A stretch of DNA of 61,004 bases, counting the filler. It is 5 parts of 5 records of this genome, joined end to end, with 100 filler letters (N's around TTAATTAATTAA, not from the genome) between each part and the next. Parts side by side here need not be neighbours in the genome. Positions count along the whole stretch, not along the records: positions 54,552 to 61,004 come from DRR378314_267; 4 more parts are not named here. The stretch is one strand, 5' to 3'. Both the position numbers and the translations under genes were made by a program. Shown in pieces: positions 60,637-61,004 of this stretch. The notes below the pieces were generated by a model that saw nothing but the letters and a program-made list of their open reading frames with translations, did no database searches and was not told the origin of the DNA. Numbering within the stretch: position 1 is the stretch's first letter; every line of letters begins with the position of its first letter.

Positions 60637-60971
60637 CGGTCATTGCCGTGACGTTGCCGCTGAGCCTGGCCTACGCCGGCCTGACCGCCCTGGCGCTGGC
60701 GATGAAACGCCACCATGAAGCGGCTGTCGGCGCGAAACCCCCGGCGGCACGGCTGCGTGCTTTTCGTGTCGCCGGCTGGGTGCTGATGGCGTTGATGGTG
60801 GCCAGCTGCCTGCGGCTGTGGCCCACCGGCCTGGCGCTGGCGATGGCGCTGGGCCTGGTCACCCTGGCGGGCTTGCCGCTGGTGTTTTTGCTGCCGTACA
60901 GGCCGCGTTTGATGGTGCGGCTGGCGCCGGCTCTGCCGGTGCTGGCGTTGATCGCCACGGCAGTGATATAG
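60633..60971 (+). CDS. DUF3325 family membrane protein
   Basis: LALAMKRHH...FRVAGW...LLPYRP; ATGA overlap; GGAGG upstream. Confidence 0.8.
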   Translation: MTVIAVTLPLSLAYAGLTALALAMKRHHEAAVGAKPPAARLRAFRVAGWVLMALMVASCLRLWPTGLALAMALGLVTLAGLPLVFLLPYRPRLMVRLAPALPVLALIATAVI

Positions 60972-60973
60972 GG

Positions 60974-61000
60974 GTTCGCGGGCGGGGCCCGCTCCCACAA
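60974..61000 (-). repeat. REP element (extragenic)
   Basis: GTTCGCGGGCGGGGCCCGCTCCCACAA; GCGGGC/GCCCGC stem with a GTGG foot on the minus strand. Confidence 0.8.
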
Positions 61001-61004
61001 GGCC

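Noticed and set aside
1-61004. CRISPR arrays, rRNA, tRNA, transposases or integrases
   Set aside because: None recognised by eye; a tRNAscan-SE, Infernal or ISEScan run would be needed to exclude them formally.

Overview
This window is not one locus. It holds five unrelated contigs joined by four artificial 100-nt spacers (N44-TTAATTAATTAA-N44). (1) 1-11273: Roseobacter-group alphaproteobacterium with argH, two tiny lipoproteins missed by the ORF track, lysA, TIGR02302, a zitP-like gene, ftsEX, plsC, EthD and lpdA. (2) 11374-21864: intron-rich eukaryotic DNA, probably an alga or protist, in which one complete 6-7-exon gene with a 16-nt micro-exon can be rebuilt by hand. (3) 21965-34308: Marinobacter-like gammaproteobacterium with pilBCD-coaE-trmO-hybrid kinase-yacG-yfaZ-large lipoprotein-GH73-acyltransferase. 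(4) 34409-54451: Hyphomonadaceae-like alphaproteobacterium with mgtE-spmX-ivd, a dispersed leucine-catabolism cluster, a cNMP-patatin, gltX and nadE. (5) 54552-61004: high-GC Alcanivorax-like gammaproteobacterium with betT, epmC, a MATE pump and a Fur-boxed PepSY operon with REP elements. Taxonomic labels are inferred from gene content and synteny, not from database searches. No rRNA, tRNA, CRISPR array, transposase or intact prophage was seen. The best candidates for something undescribed are: a doubly LexA-boxed DUF3892-like gene followed by a ~120-nt branched RNA structure; a tandem pair of micro-lipoproteins, one ending in a porin-beta1-like strand; a cNMP-patatin whose nucleotide pocket carries a calcium-loop-like insertion; and a REP element translated as part of a PepSY protein.
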